The translations under genes and the position numbers were made by a program. 64,000 nucleotides of DNA from Candidatus Thorarchaeota archaeon (GTDB lineage Archaea > Asgardarchaeota > Thorarchaeia > Thorarchaeales > Thorarchaeaceae). Shown in pieces: positions 48,841 through 59,705 of this stretch. Every line of letters begins with the position of its first letter. The stretch's first letter is position 1. The notes beneath the pieces were generated by a model. The model did not search any database, was not told where the DNA came from, and saw nothing but the letters and a program-made list of their open reading frames with translations. The stretch spans positions 32,001-96,000 of the forward strand of contig JAGSHN010000020.1 of NCBI GenBank assembly GCA_029855935.1, in the 5' to 3' direction.

Positions 48841-51647
48841 TGTTCCTATTCTCTCAGCTCAGGCACGCCCCTGCCTATCTCGTCCTGACAATCGTTGTGT
48901 TCTCCATGTCGACGGGCATACTCGGCGCCGTGATGTTCTACAGCGAGTCGGCTGCGCCCCACGTTCTTGACGAGTTTCTCGACTCGGTACCGGTTGATAT
49001 GATGGCCTCCGTGACTCCTCTATTCTACGCTCAGCACAACATCTCCAGACAGGATGTTGTTGACACGTTGCTGGCACAGGATCTCATCACGAACGTCACA
49101 CAGATCTGCGACATCTACAGACTCGACTGGGAGAGCACTGACCCGCGATTCGTAGAGCTCTACTACGTCGGCGTCACACAGGAGTTTCTGGAGATGTTCC
49201 CGAGGGCGGTCACCCCAGATTCGACCAGTCTACCGCTTGACTCCAACTCGTGCTGGGTGAACCCCGAGTACCTCGAGTACTTGGGTCTCAGAATAGGCGA
49301 CAACCTCACAATCTCCGCAGGTGTGTGGCAGGAGGGCCTGCCAATCATCATCAACAAGACCTTGACGATTGTCGGGACCTTCAGCTCACAACTCTTCACT
49401 CTTCAGAGGCTTGGAATGCCTTGGGGCTCGGAGCCCGTGAAGGTCTTGACAACGTATGATGCTCTCAACAGCACGTTCGGGGCATACAAGGGACTCTTTC
49501 ACTCTGGAGGAGATTTCAACGAGCACTTTGTCGCTTCAGTGAGCCATGACGCTCTCCGAGGGAGAGACCCGTATGAGAGCTTGGAGGCACTTTCTGACCT
49601 CTCGAAACGGGTTGAGCAGGCCTTGAGTCCGTACATAATAATCACCGGTCTCGGATATCAGCTGATGGTGGCCCTTGACAACTATGCGCAGTGGCTCGCG
49701 GCAATGCGTCTCATCGCCATTGCCTTCTCTGTCCCAACGGTGATAATGGGCCTGATGCTGATCTACTATGACTCCGAACTCAGAATCGACCTCATCAGAA
49801 GGGACTCAGCCGTACTGAGGACACGAGGGGCCTCCACAGGACAGGTCATCCGATGGGTACTGGGACGCGCCCTTCTGACGGCGATATTGGGGAGCGCAGG
49901 TGCCGTGTTCGTGGGCATTGCTGGCTCCCTCGTTGGCAGTTCCACAAGGACTTTCCTCTCTCTCGACCTCTCCGCACTTGGTGTGATGCCGGTGCTGGTC
50001 ACACCGAACATCGTGTCATTCGTATTCGTATTCACGCTCATCGTGGGCCTAGTAGTATCGTTCAGTACAATCTATCGCGTCCTTGTGATCAGTGTTGCCG
50101 AGGCACATCAGACGGTGATTGCGGAGATCACGAACGAACGTGAGAAGCAGACCAATTGGCATAGTGACTTTGCTCTGTTCGTGTGCGCCTCCTACGTGCT
50201 CATCCCACTTCTCTTCATATCAGCCTACATTGTCGGTGCAGCAACTTCAACAATGCTGATAGTGGTCTTGGCTCTTGCAATATGGTCACTCGCAAGGCTG
50301 CTGGGGCGGGTGACCTCACGTGTCAAGCGGGGTCTCCTCTCAAGGCTGGCCAGAGCAAAGGCATGGATCCCCCTGCGGGTGCTGTCCGGTCACGCGCGTC
50401 TCGCGCCCCGAAGAGAGCTGATTGCATTCATATTTGGGGTAATGGTCTTTGCGGCTGGAACGTTGTCAGCGGTGGCAGCAACCACTGGGCACGAGCACGT
50501 CAACCAGCTTCATCGCTTCAATGTCGGAGCAGACATCGTAGTCACAATCTCGCCTCTGGCTCAGAATGTCACAACGTCCTTTGCCGACAATCTGACGGCA
50601 ATCGAGGGCGTGGCTGGCGCGACACCTTTCCTCTCGGCATCCGGCAGGGTCTCCTACATTGAGAAGTCGATCTCTGGCCTCACGATACGCAGCGAGAGAA
50701 ACGTACAGATCTTCGGGATTGATCCGACCACGTGGAAACAGAACGTCTTCTGGCTGCCCTATTTCTCGTACCGAGGCACCGTCGATGAGGTCCTGAATAT
50801 GATGGCCCACGACAACTCCACTGTGATGGCCTCGTTCCTACCCATCGTTGATTGGCAGCAGGGACTTCTGTCATCGATCCCAATCTACGGAGAGGACATC
50901 TCTGTGACAATCAGAGCGAATGCCTGGGACAACTCGTCATCCTGTAAGGCGCGTGATGCTCTCGCGGACCTGAGCACGTACCGTCCGTACTTTCCGGGCG
51001 AGCCCCTCGCCGAGGACTTCGTCGTGATGAATATCGTCTACGTTCAAGCGTGTCTGCGTTCGGACACTGTGACAAAGTTCTATGTCCGCACAGAGGAGGG
51101 CGCAAATGCCACCCGGGTGGTCGAGAGGATACGCAATGCTGCGCCGGAGGTGATTGCCTCAATCGAGTCGAGCGATGTGGAGATTGCGCGGACAACGAGC
51201 TCAACATCAGGCAGAGTGATGTATGGTGTCTATACGTTGAATGTCCTCTTTGCAATTCTATTTCTGACAGCTGGTTCCGCAATAGTGGCGGTGGCCAACG
51301 GTGCACGAATGCGGCGTTCATTCACAATTCTCCGAGCCGAGGGGATGAACCCCGGCCCAATAGCCCGTGACACTGCCATTGACGCGGCTGTGACAACGAT
51401 GTTGTCAGCAGTCACTGGTTCTCTGATCGGGTTGCTATTTGGATACATCGCGGCACGAATACCGTTGCTATATACTGGGTCATCGGCGATAGACTGGCTA
51501 CGTCTGCCAGTCATCCTAGAGGTGCCAGTGGGGTTGCTGAGTGCTATCTTCGCTCTCGCGCTTTCTGTGGTGATTGTCAGCACCGTGGCCGTGACCCTGC
51601 GTGGCCTGAGGAGGAACATCGCGGCTGAGATTCAATATACGGAGTGA
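48837..51647 (+). CDS. FtsX/MacB-type ABC permease (duplicated)
   Basis: RRDSAVLRTRGAS, VGADIVV, RRSFTILRAEG. 4-bp overlap with the upstream permease. Confidence 0.85.
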   Translation: MMFLFSQLRHAPAYLVLTIVVFSMSTGILGAVMFYSESAAPHVLDEFLDSVPVDMMASVTPLFYAQHNISRQDVVDTLLAQDLITNVTQICDIYRLDWESTDPRFVELYYVGVTQEFLEMFPRAVTPDSTSLPLDSNSCWVNPEYLEYLGLRIGDNLTISAGVWQEGLPIIINKTLTIVGTFSSQLFTLQRLGMPWGSEPVKVLTTYDALNSTFGAYKGLFHSGGDFNEHFVASVSHDALRGRDPYESLEALSDLSKRVEQALSPYIIITGLGYQLMVALDNYAQWLAAMRLIAIAFSVPTVIMGLMLIYYDSELRIDLIRRDSAVLRTRGASTGQVIRWVLGRALLTAILGSAGAVFVGIAGSLVGSSTRTFLSLDLSALGVMPVLVTPNIVSFVFVFTLIVGLVVSFSTIYRVLVISVAEAHQTVIAEITNEREKQTNWHSDFALFVCASYVLIPLLFISAYIVGAATSTMLIVVLALAIWSLARLLGRVTSRVKRGLLSRLARAKAWIPLRVLSGHARLAPRRELIAFIFGVMVFAAGTLSAVAATTGHEHVNQLHRFNVGADIVVTISPLAQNVTTSFADNLTAIEGVAGATPFLSASGRVSYIEKSISGLTIRSERNVQIFGIDPTTWKQNVFWLPYFSYRGTVDEVLNMMAHDNSTVMASFLPIVDWQQGLLSSIPIYGEDISVTIRANAWDNSSSCKARDALADLSTYRPYFPGEPLAEDFVVMNIVYVQACLRSDTVTKFYVRTEEGANATRVVERIRNAAPEVIASIESSDVEIARTTSSTSGRVMYGVYTLNVLFAILFLTAGSAIVAVANGARMRRSFTILRAEGMNPGPIARDTAIDAAVTTMLSAVTGSLIGLLFGYIAARIPLLYTGSSAIDWLRLPVILEVPVGLLSAIFALALSVVIVSTVAVTLRGLRRNIAAEIQYTE

Positions 51648-51653
51648 GATGAG

Positions 51654-52559
51654 ATGAGTGAGGATCTTGAGAGTCTTGCACGAGAATACAAGGTTGTCGT
51701 GCGTGATCTGATGAAGGTCTATAGAAGGGGCACACAGGAGGTCATCGCCCTCCGAGGAGTCGACTTCGAGGTCGAGCGCGGAGAGCTGCTCTCCATAGTC
51801 GGTCCATCAGGATCGGGAAAGACGACGCTCCTGAGGATGATAGGAGCGCTCGACAGACCGACAGCGGGAGTGGTCATCTTCGAGGGCGCGAACATCACGC
51901 AACTCAGCGAAGAACAGAGTATGGACTACCGAAGGCGGAGGGTCGGCTTCGTCTGGCAGACAGGAAACCTCGTCCCGGGCCTCACCGCCCTGGAGAATGT
52001 GATGCTGCCAATGCGCCTAGCTGGAAAGAAGAGAGGCGAGGCCAAGAGACGGGCGAGAGACCTTCTCACTGATTTCGGTCTCGAGGCCAGACTACGCCAC
52101 AGACCGCATCAGATGAGCGGAGGCGAGAATCAACGTGTCGCAATCTGTGTTGCACTGGCAAACAGTCCCGACCTACTACTTGCCGACGAGATCACTGGCG
52201 AGCTCGACACCGAGACAGCAGATATGGTGATGGAGACCCTCAAGCGTGCCAACAAAGAGTATGGCCTGACCATCATCAACGTGACGCACAACCCGCGCGT
52301 GGCAAGGTACGCGAGCAGGGTGCTTCGCATAAGGGACGGCCTGATCGAGGGTCAGAGACACGTTCTCTACGGCGACATCTCTGAGATAGACGCAAAGGGT
52401 AGAATCGTCATTCCGGAGGCCGTGAGGCGTCTCGCAGGTCTTCAAAAGAGGGTCGTGCTCCAAGTGACGAGTGAGGGACTGCTAGTGAAGCCCCTCCGTG
52501 TTGCCGAGGCCGAGCGCGTCAGCGAAGACCAGCCCGGAGAGGAAACAGAGAACAACTGA
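51654..52559 (+). CDS. ABC transporter ATP-binding protein with C-terminal AbrB/MraZ-like domain
   Basis: GPSGSGKT, MSGGENQRV, ADEITGELD, VTHN; tail IDAKGRIVIPEAVRRLAGL..VVLQVTSEGLLVKP. Confidence 0.88.
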   Translation: MSEDLESLAREYKVVVRDLMKVYRRGTQEVIALRGVDFEVERGELLSIVGPSGSGKTTLLRMIGALDRPTAGVVIFEGANITQLSEEQSMDYRRRRVGFVWQTGNLVPGLTALENVMLPMRLAGKKRGEAKRRARDLLTDFGLEARLRHRPHQMSGGENQRVAICVALANSPDLLLADEITGELDTETADMVMETLKRANKEYGLTIINVTHNPRVARYASRVLRIRDGLIEGQRHVLYGDISEIDAKGRIVIPEAVRRLAGLQKRVVLQVTSEGLLVKPLRVAEAERVSEDQPGEETENN

Positions 52560-52644
52560 GCGCTGGGCTCTCCTCAGCAATCTCCCGGTCGACATAGAAT
52601 CGAAAGTTCTATAGTGGGCCGTCCAGAGGTCTTTCGAGAGAACT

Positions 52645-52905
52645 ATGAGCAAGGTATCTTTGCCCTGGTCATTCTACGCCGTACTGATATCCTTCGGGGT
52701 CTTTTTCTTTAGTCTCAATGTCTACATTCTGACGAAACTCCTGTCACACCCGTGGACAAGTGACCTATGGATAGTCGGCATTGTGGGTGGATTTGTGGCG
52801 CTCATCTTCTCGGTGAGGATGGTACGAGTCCATCAGAGAAGGCTCATCGAGATGAAACGCCTCAGAGACGCTGAGATACAGCGTGCGCGGGAGAGAGAGG
52901 ACTGA
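52645..52905 (+). CDS. Small 2-TM membrane protein
   Basis: Two hydrophobic helices and a charged tail; fills the gap between neighbours. Confidence 0.6.
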   Translation: MSKVSLPWSFYAVLISFGVFFFSLNVYILTKLLSHPWTSDLWIVGIVGGFVALIFSVRMVRVHQRRLIEMKRLRDAEIQRARERED

Positions 52906-52981
52906 GCGCCGTAGTGTCTTTTCTGAACGTTCAACCTGATCGATGGAAAGAGAAGGAGGGCCACCCACCTCCTCCAGCCCA

Positions 52982-54871
52982 CTATCTTGTCTTCAGGTAG
53001 TAGCGAACGCCGACGACTACGAACGCCGCGATAATCACGCCAGTCAGTACTACCCCAAACATCAAGACCGTCGGTGGACCCACAACGACGTGGACGGCCG
53101 ACGTAGCGCTGTTGCCACCTATGTCGTAGACCGTGAGCACCACCCAGTGTTCGCCCTCCGCAAGACCGGAGAAGTCGAACCAGATGTTCTCATCCGTCCA
53201 GTCCTGCTGAACGACAACGAAGCCGTCCACCTCTATGGTATAGTTGGCCTTGAACTCGTCGCGAGCTGTCCAGTTGTAGAGGACGTTCTCGTCACCACGA
53301 TTGTAGTAGATCTCTGACGGAGAGAAGACTATGACGGGTGGAACGTCATCCGTCTTGACTGTCACAGTGACGGAATCAGAGGCGGTGTTGCCGCTCGTGT
53401 CATTGACGGTCAGCACGTACTCGTACACGCCAGCCCTGAGGCCGCTGAGGGAGACTGTCACGACCGGATAGTCGGGATTGATGGTGCCGTTGGCAGTCTC
53501 GGTCCCGTTGCGGGTCACAACATAGACATCAGGATGCTCCTCTGTGATGTTCCACGTCAGAGTGTGGCCGCTCTCTGCGAAGTAGAAGGTCACATCGGGC
53601 GGGCCCTCTATCACTGGGGAGACGTTCTCGTAGACTCGGAGCGTGATAGTGTCCGTGGCGATATTGCCATTCTGGTCCTCAGCCTCAAAGCGGAGATCGT
53701 ACACTCCCAAGTCGTAGCCTGTGACATTGAAGACCAGCGTATATGTGCTGTTCACCCACTGCTCCGTCAGGCTGAGATCATCATCAACATAGACTCGCAG
53801 CTCCTTCGGATGCTCGTCGTACACCTGCCAAGACACGGTCACGTTGTGTGTTCCGTAGAGATAAGAGACGTCACCGGGACTCACTATCACGGGGTCACGA
53901 ACATCGGTGGACACCGTGGTGAGATTGTAGTGGTACTCGCCCTTGTCAACGGGCTGTCCTCCAAAGGTGACCGTCCAGTTGATGAAGGCGGCAGGAAGAT
54001 CCTCGAACAGGACTGTCCCGTTCAGCGGGGTGTACTTCGCATCGATGACGGTGCCGTTCTTGTATGTCACATTAACGAGTGCTCCAGCAACGGGGTCAAT
54101 CGACATCTCGTAGTAGACGAAGACCTCCAGATCGTAGTAGTCAGCATCGCCGACAAACGGGGCAATCGTCTGATGGACGTACATCGCAGTGCCATTAGAC
54201 TCGAAGGCCTGAGATGCAAGCAGTTCCCCGGCATAGGGTCCCGATACCACCGTGACGTTCCATGTGTAGTTGCCAATTGGGATGTCAGTGACATTGGCAA
54301 CCCCATCAGAACCGAGCACGAGGGTGCTGTATATGGTCCCGTTGTCAAGGTACACCGTGAAGTTGAGGCCCTGCCCTGGGTCGCCCCCGACGTCGTAGAC
54401 ATTCGCCAACAGGTCGTCGTCATCGTTCTGAAGGTCGAGATTACCCAGCTGCATGTCGACGGTCGCCTCTGGACCGTTGGAGACTATCTGGCCCTCCTTC
54501 ACAGTACCTGGAGCTCCATTCCAGGTCACATTCCACTTGTACGTCCCCTGGGGGAGGTTATAGAATACAGCGTAGCCCGTGCCGTCGGTGAGTTTCGAGT
54601 CGTACAACTCTCCAGAGGTGACGTTGTACAGTGACACGTTCGCACCCATCACTTCGTAGGTATAGTTCCAGACCCTGAACTCAAAATCATCATCATCGTA
54701 CGCGTGGAGATAGTTGAACTCGCGGACATCAACTCTGAGATCCGTGGCCGCAGGCACCGAGCGGCCCATCACGGTGACGTTCCTGACAAGGTGCACTGAG
54801 GGTGGAACCAGAGCCGTACTCAAGAATACGCCAATCAATGCCACGACAAACACGCTGCGTCTCATCATCAT
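52982..54871 (-). CDS. Cell-surface glycoprotein with Ig-like repeats and C-terminal TM anchor
   Basis: Signal peptide; N-terminal beta-sandwich repeats (DDDDFEF.., DDDDLLA..); three repeats of the type seen in 11578..13326; TM plus YYLKTR. Confidence 0.75.
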   Translation of the reverse strand: MMMRRSVFVVALIGVFLSTALVPPSVHLVRNVTVMGRSVPAATDLRVDVREFNYLHAYDDDDFEFRVWNYTYEVMGANVSLYNVTSGELYDSKLTDGTGYAVFYNLPQGTYKWNVTWNGAPGTVKEGQIVSNGPEATVDMQLGNLDLQNDDDDLLANVYDVGGDPGQGLNFTVYLDNGTIYSTLVLGSDGVANVTDIPIGNYTWNVTVVSGPYAGELLASQAFESNGTAMYVHQTIAPFVGDADYYDLEVFVYYEMSIDPVAGALVNVTYKNGTVIDAKYTPLNGTVLFEDLPAAFINWTVTFGGQPVDKGEYHYNLTTVSTDVRDPVIVSPGDVSYLYGTHNVTVSWQVYDEHPKELRVYVDDDLSLTEQWVNSTYTLVFNVTGYDLGVYDLRFEAEDQNGNIATDTITLRVYENVSPVIEGPPDVTFYFAESGHTLTWNITEEHPDVYVVTRNGTETANGTINPDYPVVTVSLSGLRAGVYEYVLTVNDTSGNTASDSVTVTVKTDDVPPVIVFSPSEIYYNRGDENVLYNWTARDEFKANYTIEVDGFVVVQQDWTDENIWFDFSGLAEGEHWVVLTVYDIGGNSATSAVHVVVGPPTVLMFGVVLTGVIIAAFVVVGVRYYLKTR

Positions 54872-55413
54872 TCGTTGTCACTCTCTGATCGTCAGGCCTC
54901 ACCTTGGCCGGTGCTTAACGGCTCGAACCTTTGAGGCCAATAAAAGCGTTTCTCAGGGCGGAAGATTGTACAAGGGCTGTATTTGGGCCCACTCCACTCG
55001 CGGGTCGCCGCGGTAGAAAGAGGACTGCACTGCGCTCTCAAACCACACAGGCTCATACCGAACAGAAGCTTGGCAAATTCCAAAGACCAGAACAGGCCGC
55101 ATCCAAGTCGCGGTAGCGCCACACCCCGTGGCCCGGAGCAGAAGGGCTACGAACAAACCGCTGCTGCTCTACGCAGACATATGCAGAGGATGCTAGTATT
55201 GTTCCCTCGCGTGCTCGCTGTTCGACGATGGCCTCACCAGCGTTCTCCGCCCAAAGACGAGAATCGCTAACAACAAGGCGCCGCGCATAGCAAGGGTCCA
55301 CAGGGGGCTGCCTGGGAGGGAGGCCCTTGCTATCGTTTCCACGGCTCTGCCGTCGCGGCGGACGGAACAGCGACAGCACCCGAAAACTTGGTGGTACTCA
55401 AGTCACCTGCCGT

Positions 55414-56216
55414 CTATGCGAATACGGCAGACCGAGTGAAGCATACCAAGTCAGTCGCCAAGCTATCGAAGAAACCGCGGTCGACCAGGTAGACCTCGAC
55501 ATTACGGACAACAACTCCGCTTCGACTTCCAAACAATATGTCAAGCAGGATGTCGCGGTCAATCAGATTCACTGGAGGCACCGATGCGTAGCCCGGGCCT
55601 CGTGCCTCTTGGATGGCCTCTTGTGTGACGACTCCGTTCGTGAGAAGAACTCCCTGATTGGCCGCGTATTTCGGAAGTAGACCCCATATCCGAAGGATAG
55701 TGTCCTTTCCAACGGGCTCGTCCATCTCACACTTCTTGACGTAGGCGACCACCAGCGAGTGACCGCCGTCGTATAGCCACGTCGTCGTCATGACAACAAT
55801 GCAATCGTATCTCTCGCGTTCAACCGTGTCCTCGGTCGTAGCACGCAGGTTGAACAGGACTGTCTTCATCAGGAGGGTGAACTCGTCACCGAGAGTTCCG
55901 CGATAGCTCGGTTGAGCTCGTTTCGAGTGACGAGATTGAACTCGCGCACTCTCGCTCTCACCTGAGCAATGGAGTGCTCATCCATAGCGCCTTCACAGAG
56001 ATCGTTGTACCTGTACGGGCCGGGTCCCAGACGAACAAAGTAGGGCGGACGACCCTCCCGACGGGCCTGTCTCTGCTCAATGGACAACGAGACCGAGACT
56101 GATGCTGGGTCTCGCCCCAAGGCCTCGGCTATGTCCGTATGGTGGACAGGCTTGTCACGGGCGTGCAGCGCTAGCCATTTCCTGATTGTGAGGCGTTCGG
56201 ATTTCTCGGTCGTCAA
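55414..56216 (-). pseudogene. Mrr-like restriction endonuclease (HTH + Mrr_cat), frameshifted
   Basis: ORFs 55869..56216 and 55414..55869 join by a 1-nt shift near 55890 (AELS / DEFTLLMKTVL). QGVLLTNG..QEAIQEA..VNLIDRDILLDIL matches the Mrr C-terminus. Confidence 0.6.
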
Positions 56217-56762
56217 TTCGGGTAGCTCCTCTGAGACGATGATATCCCCGACGGGGTACGTGCTGTCGCCCTAAGGCTGGCAGATCTAACAAACTGTTTC
56301 TAGAATGGATGTGAAAATGTGCGACTTTTAGCATTTGCATGCCTAGTACGCGCGTAGCGACCACGCGAGGACAAGAATATCTTCTGGGTCGAGTGCCTTT
56401 CTCAGGAGCCAAACACATCGGCAGACAGGACGCGCGCTCTAGAGCGGCCAAGCCCCAGGCAGAGACCAAAGACCTAGAGGCAACTCTGCGCCCAGACTCC
56501 TGTCAACTAGGGTATCTGAACTCGGCAACGGCATATGGAGAGAGTACCGTTGCAGCCAATCAAATCCTGCGGTTGCTGGCTAGCCCCATCCTCAGACTGA
56601 GCCTCTTCGAAACGCACAGTAAGCCTTCCAAGCCGATGAACGTGCCAGCCAAGTGCAGTCCGTACCCACCCATCCAAGCACTCCGTTTCAAGAATAGAAC
56701 CCTTCTCTTAATCCTCTCTAGACCATAGAAACAATCGACTCAAAGTATCAAGAAACAGTCCA

Positions 56763-56772
56763 CTTTATATAA
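56763..56772 (+). promoter_or_regulatory. Archaeal TATA box
   Basis: CTTTATATAA just upstream of the aminotransferase gene. Confidence 0.55.
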
Positions 56773-56780
56773 CTCCCGGA

Positions 56781-57965
56781 GTGCCAATGGATTGGTGCCG
56801 GAACTTGTTGGCAACGAGGAACATGGATATCCCGGTCAGTCAAATACGGCTGATCTTCAACAAGACAATTGGCAGAAGGGACATCATCAACCTCACGGCG
56901 GGAATACCGGACTTTGACACACCGGACCACATCAAGAGAGCGGCGAAACGGGCAATAGAAGAGGGCTTCACACGCTACACGCACAATGCAGGCTACATCG
57001 AGACGCGAGAGGCAGTGGCGGAAAAACTGAGGCGCGACAACGGCATCGGTGCCAATCCCGAAACCGAGATAATGATGGTCGCTGGTGGGATGGGCGGCCT
57101 TCTCCTCGCCAACATGGTCTTGGTCAACCCTGGCGACGAGGTGATTGTACCAGACCCGGGCTTCGTGAGCCACCCCGCCCACGCTGCCATTGCAGGTGCC
57201 AAGTCTGTCCCTGTGCGCCTCCGCAAGGAGAACAACTTTGGCCTTCTGGCCAGGGATGTGGAGGCCGCTGTGACAAGAAAGACCAAGCTACTCATTCTCA
57301 ACAGCCCAAACAACCCGACTGGCGGGATCACATCGGACAGGGAGACACGGAAGATTGTCGATCTTGCCCTTCAGCACGACTTTTACATAGTCTCCGATGA
57401 GGCGTACGAACAGTTCTACTATACCGACCACAAGCCGCTCCTTCCGGGTAGCATCGAGGAGGCGCGGGACCACGTCGTCTCAATCTTCTCGTTGTCCAAG
57501 ACCTATGCAATGACCGGGTGGCGTATCGGAGCGGTTGTCGGACCTGCCGACATCATCCGTGCGATGGTCAAGCTCCAAGAACACTTCATAGCAATGCCAA
57601 CCTCAATATCGCAGAAGGCAGCGGAGGCCGCTCTCACGGGTCCGCAGGACTGCGTCGAGATGATGCGACGTTCGTTCAGAGAGCGCAGGAGCCTGATAGT
57701 GGAAGGCCTTCAGAAGATAGAGGGAATGGAGGTCGCGGCACCCTCTGGTGCCTTCTATGTGTTCCCTGACGTCTCGGCCTACGGGATGAGATCATACGAC
57801 CTTGTGATGAAGATGCTCAATGAGATTGGAGTGGCCACTGTTCACGGCTCGGCTTTTGGAGCTGGTGGGGAGGGGTTCATCAGGATATGCTACGCTGTGT
57901 CCAAGCGACGAATACTGAGAGCACTCAAGCTCATGTCAGACTACCTGCCACAGCTCCTCAGATGA
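56781..57965 (+). CDS. PLP-dependent aminotransferase class I/II (aspartate aminotransferase-like)
   Basis: GIPDFDTP, YTHNAG, NSPNNPTG, SDEAY, SLSKTYAMTGWRIG, GAFYVFP. Confidence 0.92.
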   Translation: MPMDWCRNLLATRNMDIPVSQIRLIFNKTIGRRDIINLTAGIPDFDTPDHIKRAAKRAIEEGFTRYTHNAGYIETREAVAEKLRRDNGIGANPETEIMMVAGGMGGLLLANMVLVNPGDEVIVPDPGFVSHPAHAAIAGAKSVPVRLRKENNFGLLARDVEAAVTRKTKLLILNSPNNPTGGITSDRETRKIVDLALQHDFYIVSDEAYEQFYYTDHKPLLPGSIEEARDHVVSIFSLSKTYAMTGWRIGAVVGPADIIRAMVKLQEHFIAMPTSISQKAAEAALTGPQDCVEMMRRSFRERRSLIVEGLQKIEGMEVAAPSGAFYVFPDVSAYGMRSYDLVMKMLNEIGVATVHGSAFGAGGEGFIRICYAVSKRRILRALKLMSDYLPQLLR

Positions 57966-58044
57966 CGCGGGACCCGGCTATGCGGCAGATCTGACATAGG
58001 CGCAGTCATCAGCTCTCGACAGTCTAGGATTCAGAGCGTGATGG

Positions 58045-59040
58045 ATGGGACAAGACATAGTGAGATTCGGAGAGGTCGTGCTGTGACTGTCACCGCCGAA
58101 CTTTGTGCGTATCTCACAGACATACTCCTTCGATGCCCACGCCGGCGGCGCGGACATGGGTGCTACCATCGCCTGCGCCCGCCTAGGACTGAGTGTGGCC
58201 CGTGTCACTAAAGTGGACGACAACTCGATAGGACATTTTCTGAGGAATCAGGCGCGACTGCTCGGCGTGGACACGTCTCACATTATGTGGGATTGCGATA
58301 GCAGATGCGGAGTCTACTTCTTTGAGTTTGGAGCGGCTCCAAGGACTAACCGCGTCATCTATGGCAGGAAGGACTCAGCGATCAGCAAGCTAAGGCCAGG
58401 CGAGATACTTTGGCGGGAGTTCCTCAAGGAGACAAAGGTGTTCCACACAAGCGGGATCACGCCCGCACTGAGTCCCAACTGCGCCGAGGCGACCATGGAG
58501 GCTCTCAAGACTGCCAAGGAAATGGGCTGCAAGGTCTCATGTGACGTGAACTACAGGGGCAAGCTCTGGAGTCCTGAGGAGGCAAGAGCATTCACGGAAC
58601 CAGCCTCTGAGTATATCGACATCCTGATCACGACAGAGGAAGACACCAAGGTCATCTACGGTATCGAGGGTGAGAGCTACGAGGATGTGGCGAGGTAACT
58701 AACCGACAAGTTCGGATTCGAAATCGTTGTGATCACCCTTCGCGAAACACCCTCGGTGTGGCACAACAGATGGTCCGTCTTCGCCTATAGCGACGGAGAG
58801 GTGTACCGGAGCCCTGGCTATGACACCGAGTTCGTGGACCGCCTCGGTGGGGATGACTCTTGCAGTGCGGGGTTCCTGTACGGCTATCTCAAGTATGGCG
58901 ACCTGCAGAAGGCTGTCGAGTTTGGTGCTGCCTTCTCGGCATTGAAACACTCGATACCGGGCGACCTCGCCTTCATCTACAAGTCCGAGGCAGAGAAGCT
59001 GATGAAGGGCCGCGAACGCGGGCTCCGGATAGAGTGGTGA
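58045..59040 (+). pseudogene. kdgK: 2-keto-3-deoxygluconate kinase (PfkB family) with two in-frame stops
   Basis: MGQDIVRFGEVVL*LSPP (TGA 58084-58086) and EDVAR*LTDKFG (TAA 58696-58698) in one continuous frame; HTSGITPALS, DVNYRGKLW, ALKHSIPGD. Confidence 0.8.
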
Positions 59041-59045
59041 TCACA

Positions 59046-59704
59046 ATGAGTGGCTGGAAGAAATCGGATGCTATGGACCTGATCGACAGGACCGCACTGA
59101 TACCAATCATACGCGTCGACGACCCTGAGACTGCGGTCAAGGTTGCTGAGGCCTTTGTGGAGGGAGGCGTGAACATTGTCGAGGTGACCTTCAGCGTCCC
59201 TGGTGCAATTGGGGTGGTGAAGACGCTGACTGAGCGACTGGGCGAAGACGTCCTCATTGGAACTGGCACCGTTCTCGATGATGCTACGGCGCGACAGGCA
59301 ATACTGGCAGGCGCCCAGTTCATCGTGAGCCCAGTCTACTCTCGCGGACTCATTGAGATGTGCAGAAGATATGACCGGCCGTGCTTCCCGGGCGCTATGA
59401 CACCCACCGATATCCTTGAGGCCTATACTATGGGCGCCGACGCGGTGAAGGTGTTTCCCTGCGGCAGCCTCGGGGGCGCCGCGTACATCAAGGCCGTGAG
59501 AGCACCCCTGCCTCAGAATGACCTAGTCCCCACTGGGGGCGTGAACCTCAAGACCGCTGGACCGCTGCTCAAGGCCTGTGCTTTCGCTCTTGGCGCGGGA
59601 GCGCAATCACCGATAGGAAGGCCATCTCAGAGGGTCGTTTCGAAGTCATCACTGAGAGTGTGCGAAAGTTTATGGAAGTGGCTCGAAGGTATCGCGGCAG
59701 GTAG
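59046..59704 (+). pseudogene. eda: KDPG/KHG aldolase, frameshifted near the C-terminus
   Basis: IPIIR, VEVT, IGTGTV, GAQFIVSP, PGAMTPTD, VKVFP, VPTGGV. After ALGAG (~59600) the family-like tail SAITDRKAISEGRFEVITESVRKF is in another frame, ending at TAG 59702-59704. Confidence 0.78.
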
Positions 59705-59705
59705 A

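Noticed and set aside
53534-54634. Long antisense ORFs (also 7087..7800, 8513..9343, 27634..28359, 30323..31165, 62781..63611)
   Set aside because: Shadows of well-supported genes on the opposite strand in GC-rich DNA, with no motifs.
58084-58086. In-frame TGA in kdgK as selenocysteine
   Set aside because: It aligns to a conserved Arg (LRLSPP, CGA>TGA), not a Cys. The gene also has a TAA and a damaged catalytic motif, which fits pseudogenisation.
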